Assembly (NCBI GenBank): GCA_031400975.1
Contig: JANNQX010000196.1
Span: 3,376 to 67,375 of the forward strand
Source of the DNA: Gemmatimonadota bacterium
Lineage (GTDB): Bacteria > Gemmatimonadota > Gemmatimonadetes > Gemmatimonadales > GWC2-71-9
Reading direction: 5' to 3'
DNA: 64,000 nt
A program made the position numbers and the translations under genes. The notes beneath the pieces are model-generated. The model worked only from the letters and a program-made list of their open reading frames with translations. It did not search any database and was not told the DNA's origin. Shown here piece by piece: positions 1-10,109 of the stretch. Position 1 is the first letter of the stretch; every line of letters begins with the position of its first letter.

Positions 1-89
1 CTTCGATGACCAGCCGAACCGGTCCCTGCTCGACCGTGAGGTCGACTACCCGGGTACACCCCGCAGCCGCCCCGACCACCACCAGCCAT

Positions 90-2504
90 CTAAAACCGGA
101 ACGAGAAACTGACACTGGGCACGATCCCGAAGATGGAGGTTTGGACGGCCTCGACCAAGAGCGGATTGCTCTCAGCTTGGCGGAAGCTGATCGACTGGGC
201 GTTGAAACGATTGTAGAGATTGAAGAGCCCGAACTGCCACTGCTTCGCGCCAGAAGTTCTCGTAAAGGTCAGATCCATTCGATGATACAGTGGGAGCCGG
301 GAGGCGTTGCGGTTCCCGTACTCGACCACCACGAGCCCGTTGTACTGATAACGCGAGGCCGGGTACGTCACCGGCAATCCACTGGCTAGGACGAAGGTGC
401 CCCCCAAAGTCCACTTCTTGTTCAGCGGCAAGAAACCCACCATCGACACATCGTGGGTTTTGTCGAACGGCGACGGATAGTACCGGCCGCCGTTGATCCC
501 TGGGTCCCCGGCGGTAAGCCCGCGCAACCGGCGCTCCGAACGGCCCAGTGTGTAGCTGATCCAACCGGTGAGGTTGCCGGCTCGCTTCCGGGCGTAGACC
601 TCGAGCCCGTAGGCCCGGCCGTCGCCCTGGAGCATCTCGGTTTCGAGCCGGTCGTTCAACGCTATGTCGGCCCCATCAATAAAGTCGGTGACGTTCGACA
701 AGCGCTTGTAATACCCCTCGACCGAGAGCTCATACGCTTCGCCGCCAATCGTCGTGGCGTAGCCTAACGCCACTTGGTCGCCCAATTGCGGCTTGAGATA
801 CGGGCCCACCGGCTCCCAGATGTCGACCGGTGTCGGTGAGTTGGTGTTGGAGACCAGGTGGAGGTATTGCCGGGTCTTGGTGTAGCTGGCCTTGAGGCTG
901 GCCGTCCGCGACAACCCAACCCGAAGCGACGCCCGCGGTTCGAGGCCGCTGAACGTCCGGATCGTCTCGCCGCTCCGATAAAGGGTGCTGTCGACCACCG
1001 TACCTCGCTCATAACGGCCGAGGGCCGGATCGTAGGCCAAGGGGCCGGCACCGGCGTACTGATAGATCGTGGCCCGCCCGGTTCGGCGGAAACCCGAAAG
1101 CCGGGCCCCATAGCGAACGGACACATTCCCGCCCAGCTCGATTTCGTGACTCAGATGGAGGGCCGGCGCCAAGCCATAGCGGGGCTGAAGATCGATCGGT
1201 AAGATCGGCGAATTGCCGACCGGGCGGATGCTCCCGGGCTTGAGGTTGAGATCGGTCAACTCCCCGCCAAATTCAATCAGGTTGCCGTTCCCGATGTGGT
1301 AGGTCTCGTTGATCTTGAAATCAACGCTCCCGATTTGCGACGTCCACCGGAGATCCCGCCCGAAACCGAGAAACTCAAGGCCATAGTCGTAGTCGCTGAC
1401 CGTCAACGTCGTCTTCGAGAACAACCGGTTGCTGAAGGCCTGGTTCCATCGAAGGGTGCCGGCGACATTGCCCCAACTCGCCGAGAATTGATTGGATACC
1501 TTGAATCGGTCGCGACCAAAATACCCCGACGCCATCAGTGTTCCGCTTTGACCGAGCCGGATGTTGCCTTTGGCGTTGAGATCGTAGAAGTAAGCCACGT
1601 TCTGATTCAAGTCGGGATTGCTGGACAGCTTGAGGAACAGATCGGCGTAGGTTCGCCGGCCGGCCACCAGGTAGGAACCGATCTTCTTCGGCAACGGCCC
1701 CTCGACCGAGAGCCGGCTCGACAAGAGCCCGATCGAGGCATTGCCCTCGAACCGGTTAGCGTTGCCCTCCCGCTGCCGGACATCGAGCACCGACGACAAC
1801 CGTCCCCCATACCGGGCCGGGATGGCGCCCTTATACAACTTCACATCGTCGATCGCATCGCCGTTGAACACCGAGAAGAACCCAAACACATGCGACGGGT
1901 TGTAGATCGTGGATTCGTCCAGCAGGATGAGATTCTGGTCGGTGGTGCCCCCGCGCACGCTGATGCCGGTGGAGAAGTCGCTGACCGTCGTCACCCCCGG
2001 CAACAAGGTCAGGGTCCGGATCGGGTCGACCTCACCTAATACGACCGGCACGAACCGCACGGTCGTGAGATCGAGTCGCGCGGTGCTCATCTCGGTACTG
2101 CCGGGGTCGACATCCGACGAATCCCGAGCCCCCCGAACCGTGACCTCCTCAAGCTCGAACGGCAGCGCCGCCAGCCGAAAATCACGAGTGACCGAGGTCT
2201 CGATGGCCAGGGTGTCGACCCGGGGCGCATAGCCAAGGGCCCGGACCCGGAACGTATGGAGCCCCGCCGAGAGGGTCAGGACATAGAACCCATCTTGATT
2301 GGACGAGGCCCGGCAGTTGGCGCTTTGGACCCGACACTCGGGGCCATCGGCGGTGACAGTGGCGTACCGAATGACCTCGCCACTGGCCTCGGCCCGAACG
2401 TAGCCGCTCACCCGGACCGTTACCGGTTGACCCACCAAAGGCTGGGGGCCGAACAAAAACCACAAAAGACCCACCAAAAACGCACCACTTTCGACGAGAA
2501 CCAT
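90..2504 (-). CDS. TonB-dependent outer-membrane receptor with N-terminal carboxypeptidase-regulatory-like domain
   Basis: Track ORF 90..2663 trimmed to internal Met (MVLVESGAF..., hydrophobic signal-like N-terminus). The upstream extension reads through the heptamer repeat block. Has a CarboxypepD_reg-like segment (VTVRVSGYV...[24 protein letters not shown]), a plug-like region (ISVRGG...NLILLDE) and a C-terminal ...SVSFSFRF with terminal Phe typical of TonB-dependent barrels. Confidence 0.85.
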   Translation of the reverse strand: MVLVESGAFLVGLLWFLFGPQPLVGQPVTVRVSGYVRAEASGEVIRYATVTADGPECRVQSANCRASSNQDGFYVLTLSAGLHTFRVRALGYAPRVDTLAIETSVTRDFRLAALPFELEEVTVRGARDSSDVDPGSTEMSTARLDLTTVRFVPVVLGEVDPIRTLTLLPGVTTVSDFSTGISVRGGTTDQNLILLDESTIYNPSHVFGFFSVFNGDAIDDVKLYKGAIPARYGGRLSSVLDVRQREGNANRFEGNASIGLLSSRLSVEGPLPKKIGSYLVAGRRTYADLFLKLSSNPDLNQNVAYFYDLNAKGNIRLGQSGTLMASGYFGRDRFKVSNQFSASWGNVAGTLRWNQAFSNRLFSKTTLTVSDYDYGLEFLGFGRDLRWTSQIGSVDFKINETYHIGNGNLIEFGGELTDLNLKPGSIRPVGNSPILPIDLQPRYGLAPALHLSHEIELGGNVSVRYGARLSGFRRTGRATIYQYAGAGPLAYDPALGRYERGTVVDSTLYRSGETIRTFSGLEPRASLRVGLSRTASLKASYTKTRQYLHLVSNTNSPTPVDIWEPVGPYLKPQLGDQVALGYATTIGGEAYELSVEGYYKRLSNVTDFIDGADIALNDRLETEMLQGDGRAYGLEVYARKRAGNLTGWISYTLGRSERRLRGLTAGDPGINGGRYYPSPFDKTHDVSMVGFLPLNKKWTLGGTFVLASGLPVTYPASRYQYNGLVVVEYGNRNASRLPLYHRMDLTFTRTSGAKQWQFGLFNLYNRFNAQSISFRQAESNPLLVEAVQTSIFGIVPSVSFSFRF

Positions 2505-2527
2505 GCCCTCCGACGCCGGAGAGTAAT

Positions 2528-2605
2528 CTCGGCGCTCGGCATTGGGAACTCGGCACTCGGCCGTTGGTTGGCGAATGCCGAGCGCCGAATGCCGAGTGCC
2601 GAACG
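2528..2605. repeat. Inverted block of CTCGGCR heptamer units (5 direct, 11-nt spacer, about 4 inverted)
   Basis: Read directly: ctcggcg ctcggca ttgggaa ctcggca ctcggcc (2528-2562), spacer gttggttggcg, then aatgccg agcgccg aatgccg agtgccg aacg (2574-2605), which is the reverse complement of the same unit. Confidence 0.85.
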
Positions 2606-2692
2606 ACTGCCATTTTGGCCGATTTGGCAGGTATGGGTATTGCCCATGGTGGCCGCAGAACACTTCATTGTCCGGTCAGCCAAGGAGTATGT

Positions 2693-4612
2693 ATGGGCTC
2701 GAAGATCATCGGTATCGACCTCGGTACCACCAATTCTGTCGTGTCGGTCATGGAGGGCGGCGATCCGGTCGTCATCCCGAACGCTGAGGGCGGGCGGACT
2801 ACCCCTTCGGTCGTCGCGTTTACCAAAGACGGCGAACGGCTGGTGGGTCAGGTTGCCAAGCGGCAGGCGGTCACCAATCCCAAGCAGACCATCTTCTCGA
2901 TCAAGCGCTTCATGGGCCGGCGGATGAACGAGGTCACGGAGGAGTCGAAGCGGGTTCCCTACAAGATCGGTTCGGGCGCCAACAGTCTTGCCTCGGTTGA
3001 GATCGCCGGGAAGCAGTACACCCCGCCTGAGATCTCGGCCATGATCCTCCAGAAGATGAAGCAGACGGCGGAGGACTACCTTGGCCACTCGGTCGACCAG
3101 GCGGTCATTACGGTTCCGGCCTACTTCAATGACGCCCAGCGCCAGGCCACCAAAGATGCCGGCAAGATCGCCGGGCTCGAGGTCCTCCGAATCATCAACG
3201 AACCGACCGCCGCGGCCTTGGCATACGGAACCGAGAAGAAGAAGGACGAGAAGGTCGCCGTGTTCGACTTGGGCGGCGGCACCTACGACATCTCGATCCT
3301 CGACCTCGCCGACGGCGTGTTCGAGGTCAAGAGCACCAATGGTGACACCCATCTCGGCGGCGACGACTTCGACCAACGGTTGATCGATTGGCTTGTCACC
3401 GAGTTCAAGAAAGACCAGGGGATCGACCTTTCGAAGGACCCGATGGCGCTCCAGCGTCTCAAGGAAGCCGCCGAGAAGGCCAAGTGCGAACTGTCGAGCA
3501 CCCAGCAGACCGACATCAACCTGCCGTTCATCACGGCTGACCAATCCGGACCGAAGCATCTCAACATTTCCTTGAGCCGGGCCAAGTTCGAGCAGCTGGT
3601 CGACGACCTGATCCAGCGCACCTTGCCGCCGATGCAACAGGCCCTCAAGGACGCCGGAATGACCCAGAAGGACATTGACGAGGTTCTCCTGGTCGGCGGG
3701 TCCACCCGGATCCCGAAGATCCAGGAAATCGTCAAGGGCTTCTTCGGTAAGGAACCCAACAAGTCGGTCAATCCCGACGAGGTCGTGGCGATCGGCGCCG
3801 CGATTCAAGGCGGCGTGCTCGGCGGCGAGGTCAAGGATGTCCTCCTCCTCGACGTCACCCCACTCTCGCTCGGGATCGAGACTCTCGGCGGCGTAGCGAC
3901 CGTGTTGATTCCCCGGAACACCACCATTCCGACCAAGAAGTCGGAGGTCTTCTCCACGGCCGAAGACAATCAGACCACGGTCGAGATTCACGTCCTCCAG
4001 GGCGAGCGCCAAATGGCGACCGACAACCGGACCATCGGCAAGTTCCAGCTGACCGGAATGCCGCCCGCGCCGCGCGGGATGCCGCAGGTCGAAGTCACCT
4101 TTGATATCGACGCCAACGGGATCCTCCATGTGTCGGCCAAGGACAAGGCGACGAGCAAGGAACAGAAGATCCGAATCGAGGCTTCGAGCGGCCTGTCGGA
4201 CGCCGACATCGACAAGATGGTCAAGACCGCGGAGGCGAATGCCTCGGTCGACAAGGAACGGCGCGACAGCATCGAGTCACGCAACCAGCTCGACGGCCTG
4301 GTCTACAAGGTGGAGAAGGACTCCAAGGAATGGGTCGACCGGCTCAGCGGCGACGTCAAAGAGAACCTGGACAAGGCCGTGGAGGCCGGCAAGGCGGCCC
4401 TCCGGGCCGGAGATGCGGCCGGGATCACCTCAGCCCTGGCCGACCTCAACACGGCCTACTCAGCCGCCGGCGCCTCCCTGTATCAGAGCGCGTCGCAAAC
4501 CTCGGAATCGGGTCCGGCCGACCAGGCGTCGGACGGTGGCCAACAAGCGCAGGGCAAGAAGGACGATGTGGTCAAAGCCGACTACGAGATCGTCGACGAC
4601 GCCAAGAAGTAG
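2693..4612 (+). CDS. dnaK: Molecular chaperone DnaK (Hsp70)
   Basis: Track ORF 2564..4612 trimmed to ATG 2693, preceded by AAGGAG at 2682-2687. Hallmarks: [39 protein letters not shown], acidic C-terminal tail. Confidence 0.97.
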   Translation: MGSKIIGIDLGTTNSVVSVMEGGDPVVIPNAEGGRTTPSVVAFTKDGERLVGQVAKRQAVTNPKQTIFSIKRFMGRRMNEVTEESKRVPYKIGSGANSLASVEIAGKQYTPPEISAMILQKMKQTAEDYLGHSVDQAVITVPAYFNDAQRQATKDAGKIAGLEVLRIINEPTAAALAYGTEKKKDEKVAVFDLGGGTYDISILDLADGVFEVKSTNGDTHLGGDDFDQRLIDWLVTEFKKDQGIDLSKDPMALQRLKEAAEKAKCELSSTQQTDINLPFITADQSGPKHLNISLSRAKFEQLVDDLIQRTLPPMQQALKDAGMTQKDIDEVLLVGGSTRIPKIQEIVKGFFGKEPNKSVNPDEVVAIGAAIQGGVLGGEVKDVLLLDVTPLSLGIETLGGVATVLIPRNTTIPTKKSEVFSTAEDNQTTVEIHVLQGERQMATDNRTIGKFQLTGMPPAPRGMPQVEVTFDIDANGILHVSAKDKATSKEQKIRIEASSGLSDADIDKMVKTAEANASVDKERRDSIESRNQLDGLVYKVEKDSKEWVDRLSGDVKENLDKAVEAGKAALRAGDAAGITSALADLNTAYSAAGASLYQSASQTSESGPADQASDGGQQAQGKKDDVVKADYEIVDDAKK

Positions 4613-4661
4613 GGCTCCTGCGACCCGAGCCGCTGGTTAGGCATCGATGGTATATTGGAGA

Positions 4662-4713
4662 GCGCCTTTCGCCGGGTTTCGACCCATGGCCGTAGCGGCC
4701 CGGCGAGAGGCGC
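4662..4713 (+). terminator. Imperfect 15-bp hairpin downstream of dnaK (no U-tract)
   Basis: gcgcctttcgccggg (4662-4676) pairs with cccggcgagaggcgc (4699-4713) with one mismatch and a 22-nt loop. Function as a terminator is not proven. Confidence 0.3.
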
Positions 4714-4767
4714 CTTCAAATCAGTCGTCGGAACCGAGAATCGCTGCGGCGTTGGATCCCGAGAATT

Positions 4768-6375
4768 ATGACAGTCCGGTCGTTGAATTGGCTTAAATTC
4801 GGTGGGCTCGTGGGTCTCGCTTTCATGCTAGGCCTGCTGTTTGCCGGCCTCCTAGACCTCCCGTCCTCGGGCCAGGCCCAGAATCCCAAATCAGACCCTA
4901 AAGCCATCCCGGCGTCGGCGGTCGCCCCCCAAAGCGCCATTTCGGGCGTCGTTTCCCCGCTGGTCGGCCTATCGGATGCATTCGCAACGGTCGCCGAGCA
5001 GGTTCGGCCGAGCGTCGTGTACATCCGGTCCCGGAGGACCGAACGGGAATCTGAAGGGCGCCGGGTGGTCCCCCCGGGGTTCGAGGAGTTCTTCGGAACG
5101 CCCCCGCGGCGCAATGGCCGAACTCCAACGTCGGAGCCGCCGGTGGAAACCGGTTCTGGTTCCGGTTTTATCGTGACCGAAACAGGGTACATCCTCACCA
5201 ACAATCACGTCGTGGATGGCGCCGACCAAGTCACCGTACGGCTCCTTGACCGACGCGAATACACAGCCAAGGTTGTTGGTACCGACCCGAACACCGACCT
5301 GGCCGTGATCAAGATCGATCCCAAGGCCGGTGCCCGCTTGGTGCCGGCCAGCCTCGGGGCCAGCGCCAGCACCCGGGTGGGTGAGTGGGTCTTGGCGGTA
5401 GGCAACCCACTCTCGGAGAGTCTGAGCTTCACCGTCACCTCTGGTATTCTCAGCGCCAAGGGCCGAGGCCAGCTTCAGCTTCCAGGCCGAAGCAACCGCT
5501 CCATTCAGGACTACCTCCAAACCGACGCCACGATCAACCGGGGCAACTCGGGTGGCCCGCTCCTCAACGTCCGTGGTGAAGTCATCGGCATCAATTCGGC
5601 GATCTACAGTCCCACGGGCGTCAGCGCCGGCTATGCGTTCGCGATTCCAATCGACCTCGCCAGACAGGTGATGGACCAACTCATCGCCAAGGGCAAGGTC
5701 GAGCGGGCGGTCATCGGGGTCACCGTCAATGACGTGACGGCGGAGGACGCTGATTGGGCCGGCCTGTCGGAAATCTTCGGCGTCAAGATCAGTGACTTCT
5801 CAGACGGGTCGCCGGCCAAGGCCGCTGGGCTCCAGGCCGGCGACTTGGTCGTAGCGATCGACGGCCAGAAGGTGGAATACGTCGCCCAGCTTCAACAGAA
5901 CGTCGGATTCAAGAAGCCCGGGGAAATCATCAAGGTGGAAGTCGCCCGGAAAGGCGGGGTCCGGAAGACCTACAACGTCCGGCTGATCGCCCAAAACGAA
6001 GCCGCCGAGCTGGCTTCGAACGAGGCCGCGAAAGGCCCCGAACGGGGCACGGTCGACCCTGGTGCCAGCGCCCTGCGATCACGACTCGGGGTTAGCGTAA
6101 CGGCTCTCACGCCAGAGATCATCTCACAAATCGAGTTGCCGGCCAACACCAAAGGGGTGATTGTCGAATCGGTCGACCCGTACGGACCAGCCGACGGACT
6201 GCTTTTCACTTCGTCGATCATCGCGGCGGTCGAAGGGAAGCCGGTTCGGACCGAGGAAGATCTCCGCGCCGCGGTCAGGGCGGCCGCGCCGGGCGAGGTC
6301 ATTACCCTTACCGTTTTGAGCCCAATCGAAGGGGCCAAACCGCAGTCCACCATCGTCAGGGTAAAAGTGAAGTAA
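4768..6375 (+). CDS. htrA: Periplasmic serine endoprotease, HtrA/DegP/DegQ family (trypsin domain plus two PDZ-like regions)
   Basis: N-terminal TM/signal segment. Catalytic motifs TNNHVV (His), DLAVIK (Asp), GNSGGPLL (Ser). C-terminal PDZ-like segments (GLQAGDLVVAIDG; GVIVESVDPYGPA). Confidence 0.9.
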   Translation: MTVRSLNWLKFGGLVGLAFMLGLLFAGLLDLPSSGQAQNPKSDPKAIPASAVAPQSAISGVVSPLVGLSDAFATVAEQVRPSVVYIRSRRTERESEGRRVVPPGFEEFFGTPPRRNGRTPTSEPPVETGSGSGFIVTETGYILTNNHVVDGADQVTVRLLDRREYTAKVVGTDPNTDLAVIKIDPKAGARLVPASLGASASTRVGEWVLAVGNPLSESLSFTVTSGILSAKGRGQLQLPGRSNRSIQDYLQTDATINRGNSGGPLLNVRGEVIGINSAIYSPTGVSAGYAFAIPIDLARQVMDQLIAKGKVERAVIGVTVNDVTAEDADWAGLSEIFGVKISDFSDGSPAKAAGLQAGDLVVAIDGQKVEYVAQLQQNVGFKKPGEIIKVEVARKGGVRKTYNVRLIAQNEAAELASNEAAKGPERGTVDPGASALRSRLGVSVTALTPEIISQIELPANTKGVIVESVDPYGPADGLLFTSSIIAAVEGKPVRTEEDLRAAVRAAAPGEVITLTVLSPIEGAKPQSTIVRVKVK

Positions 6376-6384
6376 GCCCAGCCA

Positions 6385-6417
6385 GGGGGGGGCGGTCATT
6401 GGGCATCAGCCCCCCCC
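6385..6417. terminator. G8...C8 hairpin between convergent htrA and the lipoprotein gene
   Basis: ggggggggc (6385-6393) and gcccccccc (6409-6417) form a 9-bp G/C stem with a 15-nt loop. It lies between stop codons of convergent genes (6375 and 6424). Confidence 0.5.
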
Positions 6418-6423
6418 ATTCGA

Positions 6424-6777
6424 CTACGGCTTCGGAGCCACCGGAATGTTGTTCGCCCCCGCGGTTGAATCCCAGTAGTTCCAGCCCCACCCTGCCAGCT
6501 TCCCGTTGATGACCACCACCGGCGTCATGTTTCGATCCCGAAGGCTTACGGAATCCGCCTTTCCCATCCGGGGGTACAACATCGCTTCGACGTATTGGCC
6601 GTTGTTGAGGTAGGGATCGACCCGCTGGGGTTTTTCCCCCCCCATGACCGCCAGGACGCTGTCCTTTGCCATCCCAACGGCTAGCTGCTCGAGCCTTGGG
6701 TCGGAGCGTTCGCAGCCCGACAGGGCCAGCAGGGCAACGAGGGAGGCCAATCCGACTCTGTTTGTGATCCGCATCAC
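6424..6777 (-). CDS. Small lipoprotein, function unknown
   Basis: Signal peptide with lipobox (LLALSGC) and a 117-aa soluble domain. I do not recognise the family with confidence. Confidence 0.6.
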   Translation of the reverse strand: MMRITNRVGLASLVALLALSGCERSDPRLEQLAVGMAKDSVLAVMGGEKPQRVDPYLNNGQYVEAMLYPRMGKADSVSLRDRNMTPVVVINGKLAGWGWNYWDSTAGANNIPVAPKP

Positions 6778-6901
6778 TTGCGTCCTAACATTGGAAGTCC
6801 ATACCGGGTAAACACTTAGAAGGGAGTTAATGTAACACCTCTCTCAAGAATTGGGGACTCCGGCCGATGCTCAAGGGAAACCGGACATCGGGAGAGTCCA
6901 A

Positions 6902-7267
6902 ATGGAGACAGAAGCCGGGCGGGTTATCGACGATAGCATTCTCGACAGCTATCGAGTCCTCCAGGATGAGGGCCAACCGGATGTCGTCACCGAGTTCATC
7001 GACGTCTTCTTGGACGATCTCCCGTTACGCCAGGAACGGCTGCGACAGGCGGTCAGTTCGAGGAATCCAGCCGAGCTCAAATCGGCGGCCCATGCCCTGA
7101 AGGGCAGTGCCGGTTCGGTTGGCGCGGTCCTGGTCTCTGGGCTCTGCGGCCAGATCGAAGCGATCGGCCGGACCGGCACCGCAGAGGGTACTCAAGAGCT
7201 GCTTTCCCGGCTCGAACCCGAACTCACTCGCGCGACGGCCGAGTTGGAGAAGTACCGCCGGCCCTAA
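6902..7267 (+). CDS. Stand-alone histidine phosphotransfer (Hpt) domain protein
   Basis: Track ORF 6851..7267 trimmed to ATG 6902, with GGGAGA upstream. Hpt signature AAHALKGSAGSVGA (phospho-accepting His in HxxKG). Confidence 0.75.
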   Translation: METEAGRVIDDSILDSYRVLQDEGQPDVVTEFIDVFLDDLPLRQERLRQAVSSRNPAELKSAAHALKGSAGSVGAVLVSGLCGQIEAIGRTGTAEGTQELLSRLEPELTRATAELEKYRRP

Positions 7268-7338
7268 TCCCCCGTTGCACCTCGGAACATCCTCTCGCGC
7301 GCCCGCATGCGGAGTGGTACTGTTTTACAACAACCCCT

Positions 7339-7420
7339 GCGAACGTGGCGAAACTGGCAGACGCGCAGGACTTAGGATCCTGTCCCTTACGGGGTGCGGG
7401 TTCAACTCCCGCCGTTCGCA
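7339..7420 (+). tRNA. tRNA-Leu (anticodon TAG), class II with long variable arm; CCA not encoded
   Basis: Folded by hand. Acceptor GCGAACG/CGTTCGC; anticodon stem CAGGA/TCCTG with loop CTTAGGA (anticodon TAG); variable arm tCCCttacGGGgt; T-arm GCGGG-TTCAACT-CCCGC; discriminator A. Confidence 0.9.
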
Positions 7421-7449
7421 TTTCCAACGATTTTCTTAGAGGCCCTGCA

Positions 7450-7740
7450 ATGGACGTCTTCGCTGACTCCCTGGGTTCGCTAGCCGGTACTCTCCTTCGT
7501 TTCTCGGCAATAGCCTTCCTGGTCCTCAACGGGGCGGCCGTCGCCGCCTTTGCCCTCACCGGAGACCGACGGAGGATGGTCAACCGTTGGACCTCCCGCC
7601 TGGTTGCGGCCAATCTTCTCCTGCTTGGCACCGGGGTGGCCGTCCCCACGGTCGCCGGCGCCGTCAGGCTGGTGGCCGAAGCCCTCAGTTCTCGGCCCTC
7701 GGCGCTCGTCGCCCGGCCTTTGGAGGATCCCGACCGATAG
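7450..7740 (+). CDS. Hypothetical small membrane protein (two predicted TM helices)
   Basis: Track ORF 7345..7740 overlaps the tRNA, so it is trimmed to ATG 7450. Two hydrophobic stretches and mostly G/C third positions. The 3' end reads through a heptamer-repeat copy (7691-7711), so coding status is uncertain. Confidence 0.35.
   Translation: MDVFADSLGSLAGTLLRFSAIAFLVLNGAAVAAFALTGDRRRMVNRWTSRLVAANLLLLGTGVAVPTVAGAVRLVAEALSSRPSALVARPLEDPDR
7691..7711 (+). repeat. Three degenerate CTCGGCR heptamer units
   Basis: ctcggcc ctcggcg ctcgtcg, preceded by agtt, similar to the TTCTCGGCGCTC flank seen after the clpP and DUF5916-like stop codons. Confidence 0.6.
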
Positions 7741-7806
7741 GGCCAAGATCCGAGTACCGGACGCCGAGTGCCCGGCGCCGGGGCAGTCGATTATCTTCCC
7801 TCTGCC

Positions 7807-9060
7807 ATGACAGAAATCATCGTTACCAAGACGGCCGAAGACTCGGCCTCCAAAGCATTTAGGGTCACCGTACCGGTCGACCGGGTCCAGGCAGCGGAAC
7901 AGCGAGCAGTGCTCGAGTATGGACGTCGGGTTCGGCTCCCGGGCTTTCGGCAGGGTAAGGCCCCAATCGCGGTCATCCGGAAGCGTTTTGGCGACGAGAT
8001 CAAGCAATACGTCGTCGAAGAAGTGGTCCGGGAGGGGTGGGAGCAGGCCCGGGCCTCGGAAGACCTGAAGCCGGTCACCGATCCATCGGTCCGCAACCTC
8101 AAGTTCGAGGAAGGTCAGCCGGTTGAATTTGAGGTGATGGTCGAGATTCGACCCGAGATAAAGGTGGGAAAGCTGGGCGGCTTCAAGGTCACCCGAACGG
8201 TTCCGAAGGTCACGGCCGCGATGCTTACGGAGCAGGTGGACAGCCTCCGGGAAAGCAAAGCGGCGTGGCTCCCGGTCGAGGGGCAGGCACCAGTTGAAGG
8301 GAACATGGTGCGGATGGAGGTCGCCGCGATCGAGGAGGGCGAACGGAAACCGGCCCAGCCCTACAGCATCGTCATCGGCCAGGGCCAGGCGATGCCGGCC
8401 CTCGAGGAACAGGTCCTTTCGCTCAAGCCGGGCGAGTCGGCCGAGACCGAAATCAAATTCCCCGATGATCATCCGGATGAATCCCGCCGCGGGACTTCCC
8501 GGAAGGTTCATGTCACCGTGCACGAGGTGAAGCGCCAGGAGCTCCCGCCGCTCGATGATGCCTTTGCCAAGTCGGTCGGCGATTTCGAGGACGTTGCCGC
8601 GCTCAATGCCGCGGTGCGGGCCGACCTCGAACGAACGGCCGAGCGCGAGGCGGACAACGGGGTCCGGGAGAGCCTCTTGCAAGCGGTCATCGGTGCCAAC
8701 GCCATCGAGGCACCCCCGTCCTTGGTCGGGCGGGCCCTCCACGCCTACCTCCACGCCTACAAGATCCCCCACGAACGGGAAGAAGCGTTCAACGTCGAGT
8801 TCCGCCCGGTGGCTGAGGGCCAGGTCAGGCGCGAATTGGCGTTAGGCGCGATTGCCGACACCCACAAGCTGTTTGCCACGGAAGCCGATCTCGACGAGCG
8901 AATCACCGCCCTCGCGGCCGTTCGCGGGATCTCGGCCAACGAGGTCTACGCCCAGCTCGAAAAAGCCAAACGACTCCAGGAACTCGAGCGGAGCATTACC
9001 GAAGACAAAGTGTTCGAGTTTCTGAAGGGCCAGTCCACGATCGAAGAGGCCACCTCATGA
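7807..9060 (+). CDS. tig: Trigger factor (ribosome-associated chaperone / PPIase)
   Basis: Trimmed to ATG 7807 (MTEIIVTKT...). N-terminal ribosome-binding signature PGFRQGKAP. Length and position directly upstream of clpP (ATGA overlap) are typical. Confidence 0.93.
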   Translation: MTEIIVTKTAEDSASKAFRVTVPVDRVQAAEQRAVLEYGRRVRLPGFRQGKAPIAVIRKRFGDEIKQYVVEEVVREGWEQARASEDLKPVTDPSVRNLKFEEGQPVEFEVMVEIRPEIKVGKLGGFKVTRTVPKVTAAMLTEQVDSLRESKAAWLPVEGQAPVEGNMVRMEVAAIEEGERKPAQPYSIVIGQGQAMPALEEQVLSLKPGESAETEIKFPDDHPDESRRGTSRKVHVTVHEVKRQELPPLDDAFAKSVGDFEDVAALNAAVRADLERTAEREADNGVRESLLQAVIGANAIEAPPSLVGRALHAYLHAYKIPHEREEAFNVEFRPVAEGQVRRELALGAIADTHKLFATEADLDERITALAAVRGISANEVYAQLEKAKRLQELERSITEDKVFEFLKGQSTIEEATS

Positions 9061-9653
9061 GCACCATGCTCTATCCGCCCCATATCATCGAACGCTCTCC
9101 TCGGGGCGAGCGCACCTACGACATCTTTTCCCGGTTGTTGATGGACCGGATCGTGTTCTTGGGAGCCGCGATCAACGACGATGTGGCCAACATCATCATT
9201 GCGCAACTCCTCTTTCTCGATGCCGACAATCCCGAGAAAGACATTTACATGTACATCAACTCGCCGGGCGGGCATGTCCACAGCGGGATCGCGATTTACG
9301 ACACGGTCCAGCACCTTCGGGCGCCAGTCAATACGATCTGCATGGGGATGGCGGCGTCGATGGGCGCGTTCCTGTTGGCGACGGGGGCGAAGGGCAAGCG
9401 GGCCGCCCTTCCGAACGCCCGGATCATGATCCACCAGCCATCAAGTGGATCGCAGGGGACCGCGGCCGATATCGAAATCGCGGCGCGAGAGATTCTCCAT
9501 ACCCGATCGTTGTTGAATCGCCTGTTCGCCAAGCACACCGGTCAGTCGACCGAGGCGATCGAGCGGGACTCGGATCGGGACCGGTACATGTCGGCGGAGG
9601 AAGCCAAGGCCTATGGGATCATTGACGAGGTGTACGTACCGAAGCCGAAGTAA
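9057..9653 (+). CDS. clpP: ATP-dependent Clp protease proteolytic subunit
   Basis: [14 protein letters not shown], active-site Ser in GMAASMGA, His in IMIHQPS. Start overlaps the tig stop (ATGA). Confidence 0.97.
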   Translation: MSTMLYPPHIIERSPRGERTYDIFSRLLMDRIVFLGAAINDDVANIIIAQLLFLDADNPEKDIYMYINSPGGHVHSGIAIYDTVQHLRAPVNTICMGMAASMGAFLLATGAKGKRAALPNARIMIHQPSSGSQGTAADIEIAAREILHTRSLLNRLFAKHTGQSTEAIERDSDRDRYMSAEEAKAYGIIDEVYVPKPK

Positions 9654-9656
9654 TTC

Positions 9657-9691
9657 TCGGCGCTCGGCGCTCGGCATTCGGCATTCGGGGG
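9657..9691 (+). repeat. Five tandem heptamer units (CTCGGCG x2, CTCGGCA, TTCGGCA, TTCGGGG) right after the clpP stop
   Basis: Read directly: taa ttc tcggcg ctcggcg ctcggca ttcggca ttcgggg, running into a G8 tract (9687-9694). Confidence 0.85.
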
Positions 9692-9694
9692 GGG

Positions 9695-9723
9695 CCCGCG
9701 ACTTTATGGTCGCGGGTTTTTTT
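9695..9723 (+). terminator. Rho-independent terminator downstream of clpP
   Basis: cccgcgac (9695-9702), loop tttatg, gtcgcggg (9709-9716), followed by T7 (9717-9723). G8 tracts flank both sides (9687-9694 and 9724-9731). Confidence 0.75.
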
Positions 9724-9776
9724 GGGGGGGGATGGGATTTACTGGACAAAGGGAAATAAATTGGTTAGACTGGGGG

Positions 9777-10109
9777 ATGAGTCATCATTTGGCGGAATTG
9801 GAGCAGTTGGTCTTGTTGGCGCTGTTGCGGCTCGGGGCTCTGGCGTATGGGGTCGCGATTGCGGAGGAGATTGAGGCGCGGGCGGGGCGGCCGGCGAGTC
9901 TGGGGTCGGTCTATAAGACGTTGATTCGGCTGGAAACGAAGCGCTTGGTTGCGACGCGGTTGGGGGAGTCTACCCCGGAGCGTGGCGGGCGGCGGAAACG
10001 GTACTATCAGCTCACGCCGGCCGGCCAGGCAGCCCTCCGTACCTCCCTGGAGGCCATCCAGCGAATGGCGAGTGGCCTCGGGGTTGTTCCACTCCGAGAA
10101 CCGCAATGA
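9777..10109 (+). CDS. PadR-family transcriptional regulator
   Basis: Trimmed to ATG 9777. Winged-helix PadR pattern (LVLLALLRLGALAYGVAIAEEIE...GSVYKTLIRLETKRLV...RKRYYQLTPAG). Stop overlaps the next gene start (ATGA). Confidence 0.85.
   Translation: MSHHLAELEQLVLLALLRLGALAYGVAIAEEIEARAGRPASLGSVYKTLIRLETKRLVATRLGESTPERGGRRKRYYQLTPAGQAALRTSLEAIQRMASGLGVVPLREPQ

Noticed and set aside
2549-2600. Possible CIRCE/HAIR heat-shock operator upstream of dnaK (GCACTC ... GAGTGC half-sites)
   Set aside because: The half-sites are part of the heptamer units and are about 35 nt apart, not N9. The TTAGCACTC/GAGTGCTAA and CTTGAGT/ACTCAAG consensus flanks are absent.
2625-2643. Sigma-54-like TGGCAG ... TTGC upstream of dnaK
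   Set aside because: The GG-to-GC spacing is 16 nt by my count, not the 12 nt of the -24/-12 consensus.
2505-2692. N-terminal extensions of the TonB-receptor and dnaK track ORFs (also 22790-22855 for the LytTR regulator)
   Set aside because: The extensions translate the heptamer repeats (…[18 protein letters not shown]…, MPSAECRAPRLG…). Proper starts with an RBS or family-typical N-termini lie downstream.
2420-4129. 569-aa ORF antisense to dnaK
   Set aside because: It lies fully inside and opposite a certain dnaK gene. Long stop-free antisense frames are expected at this GC content, the sequence is low-complexity (Arg/Gly/Leu/Asp-rich), and no motif is recognisable.
7480-8772. 430-aa ORF antisense to tig
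   Set aside because: Same reasoning: it is opposite a confidently identified trigger factor gene and has no recognisable domains.
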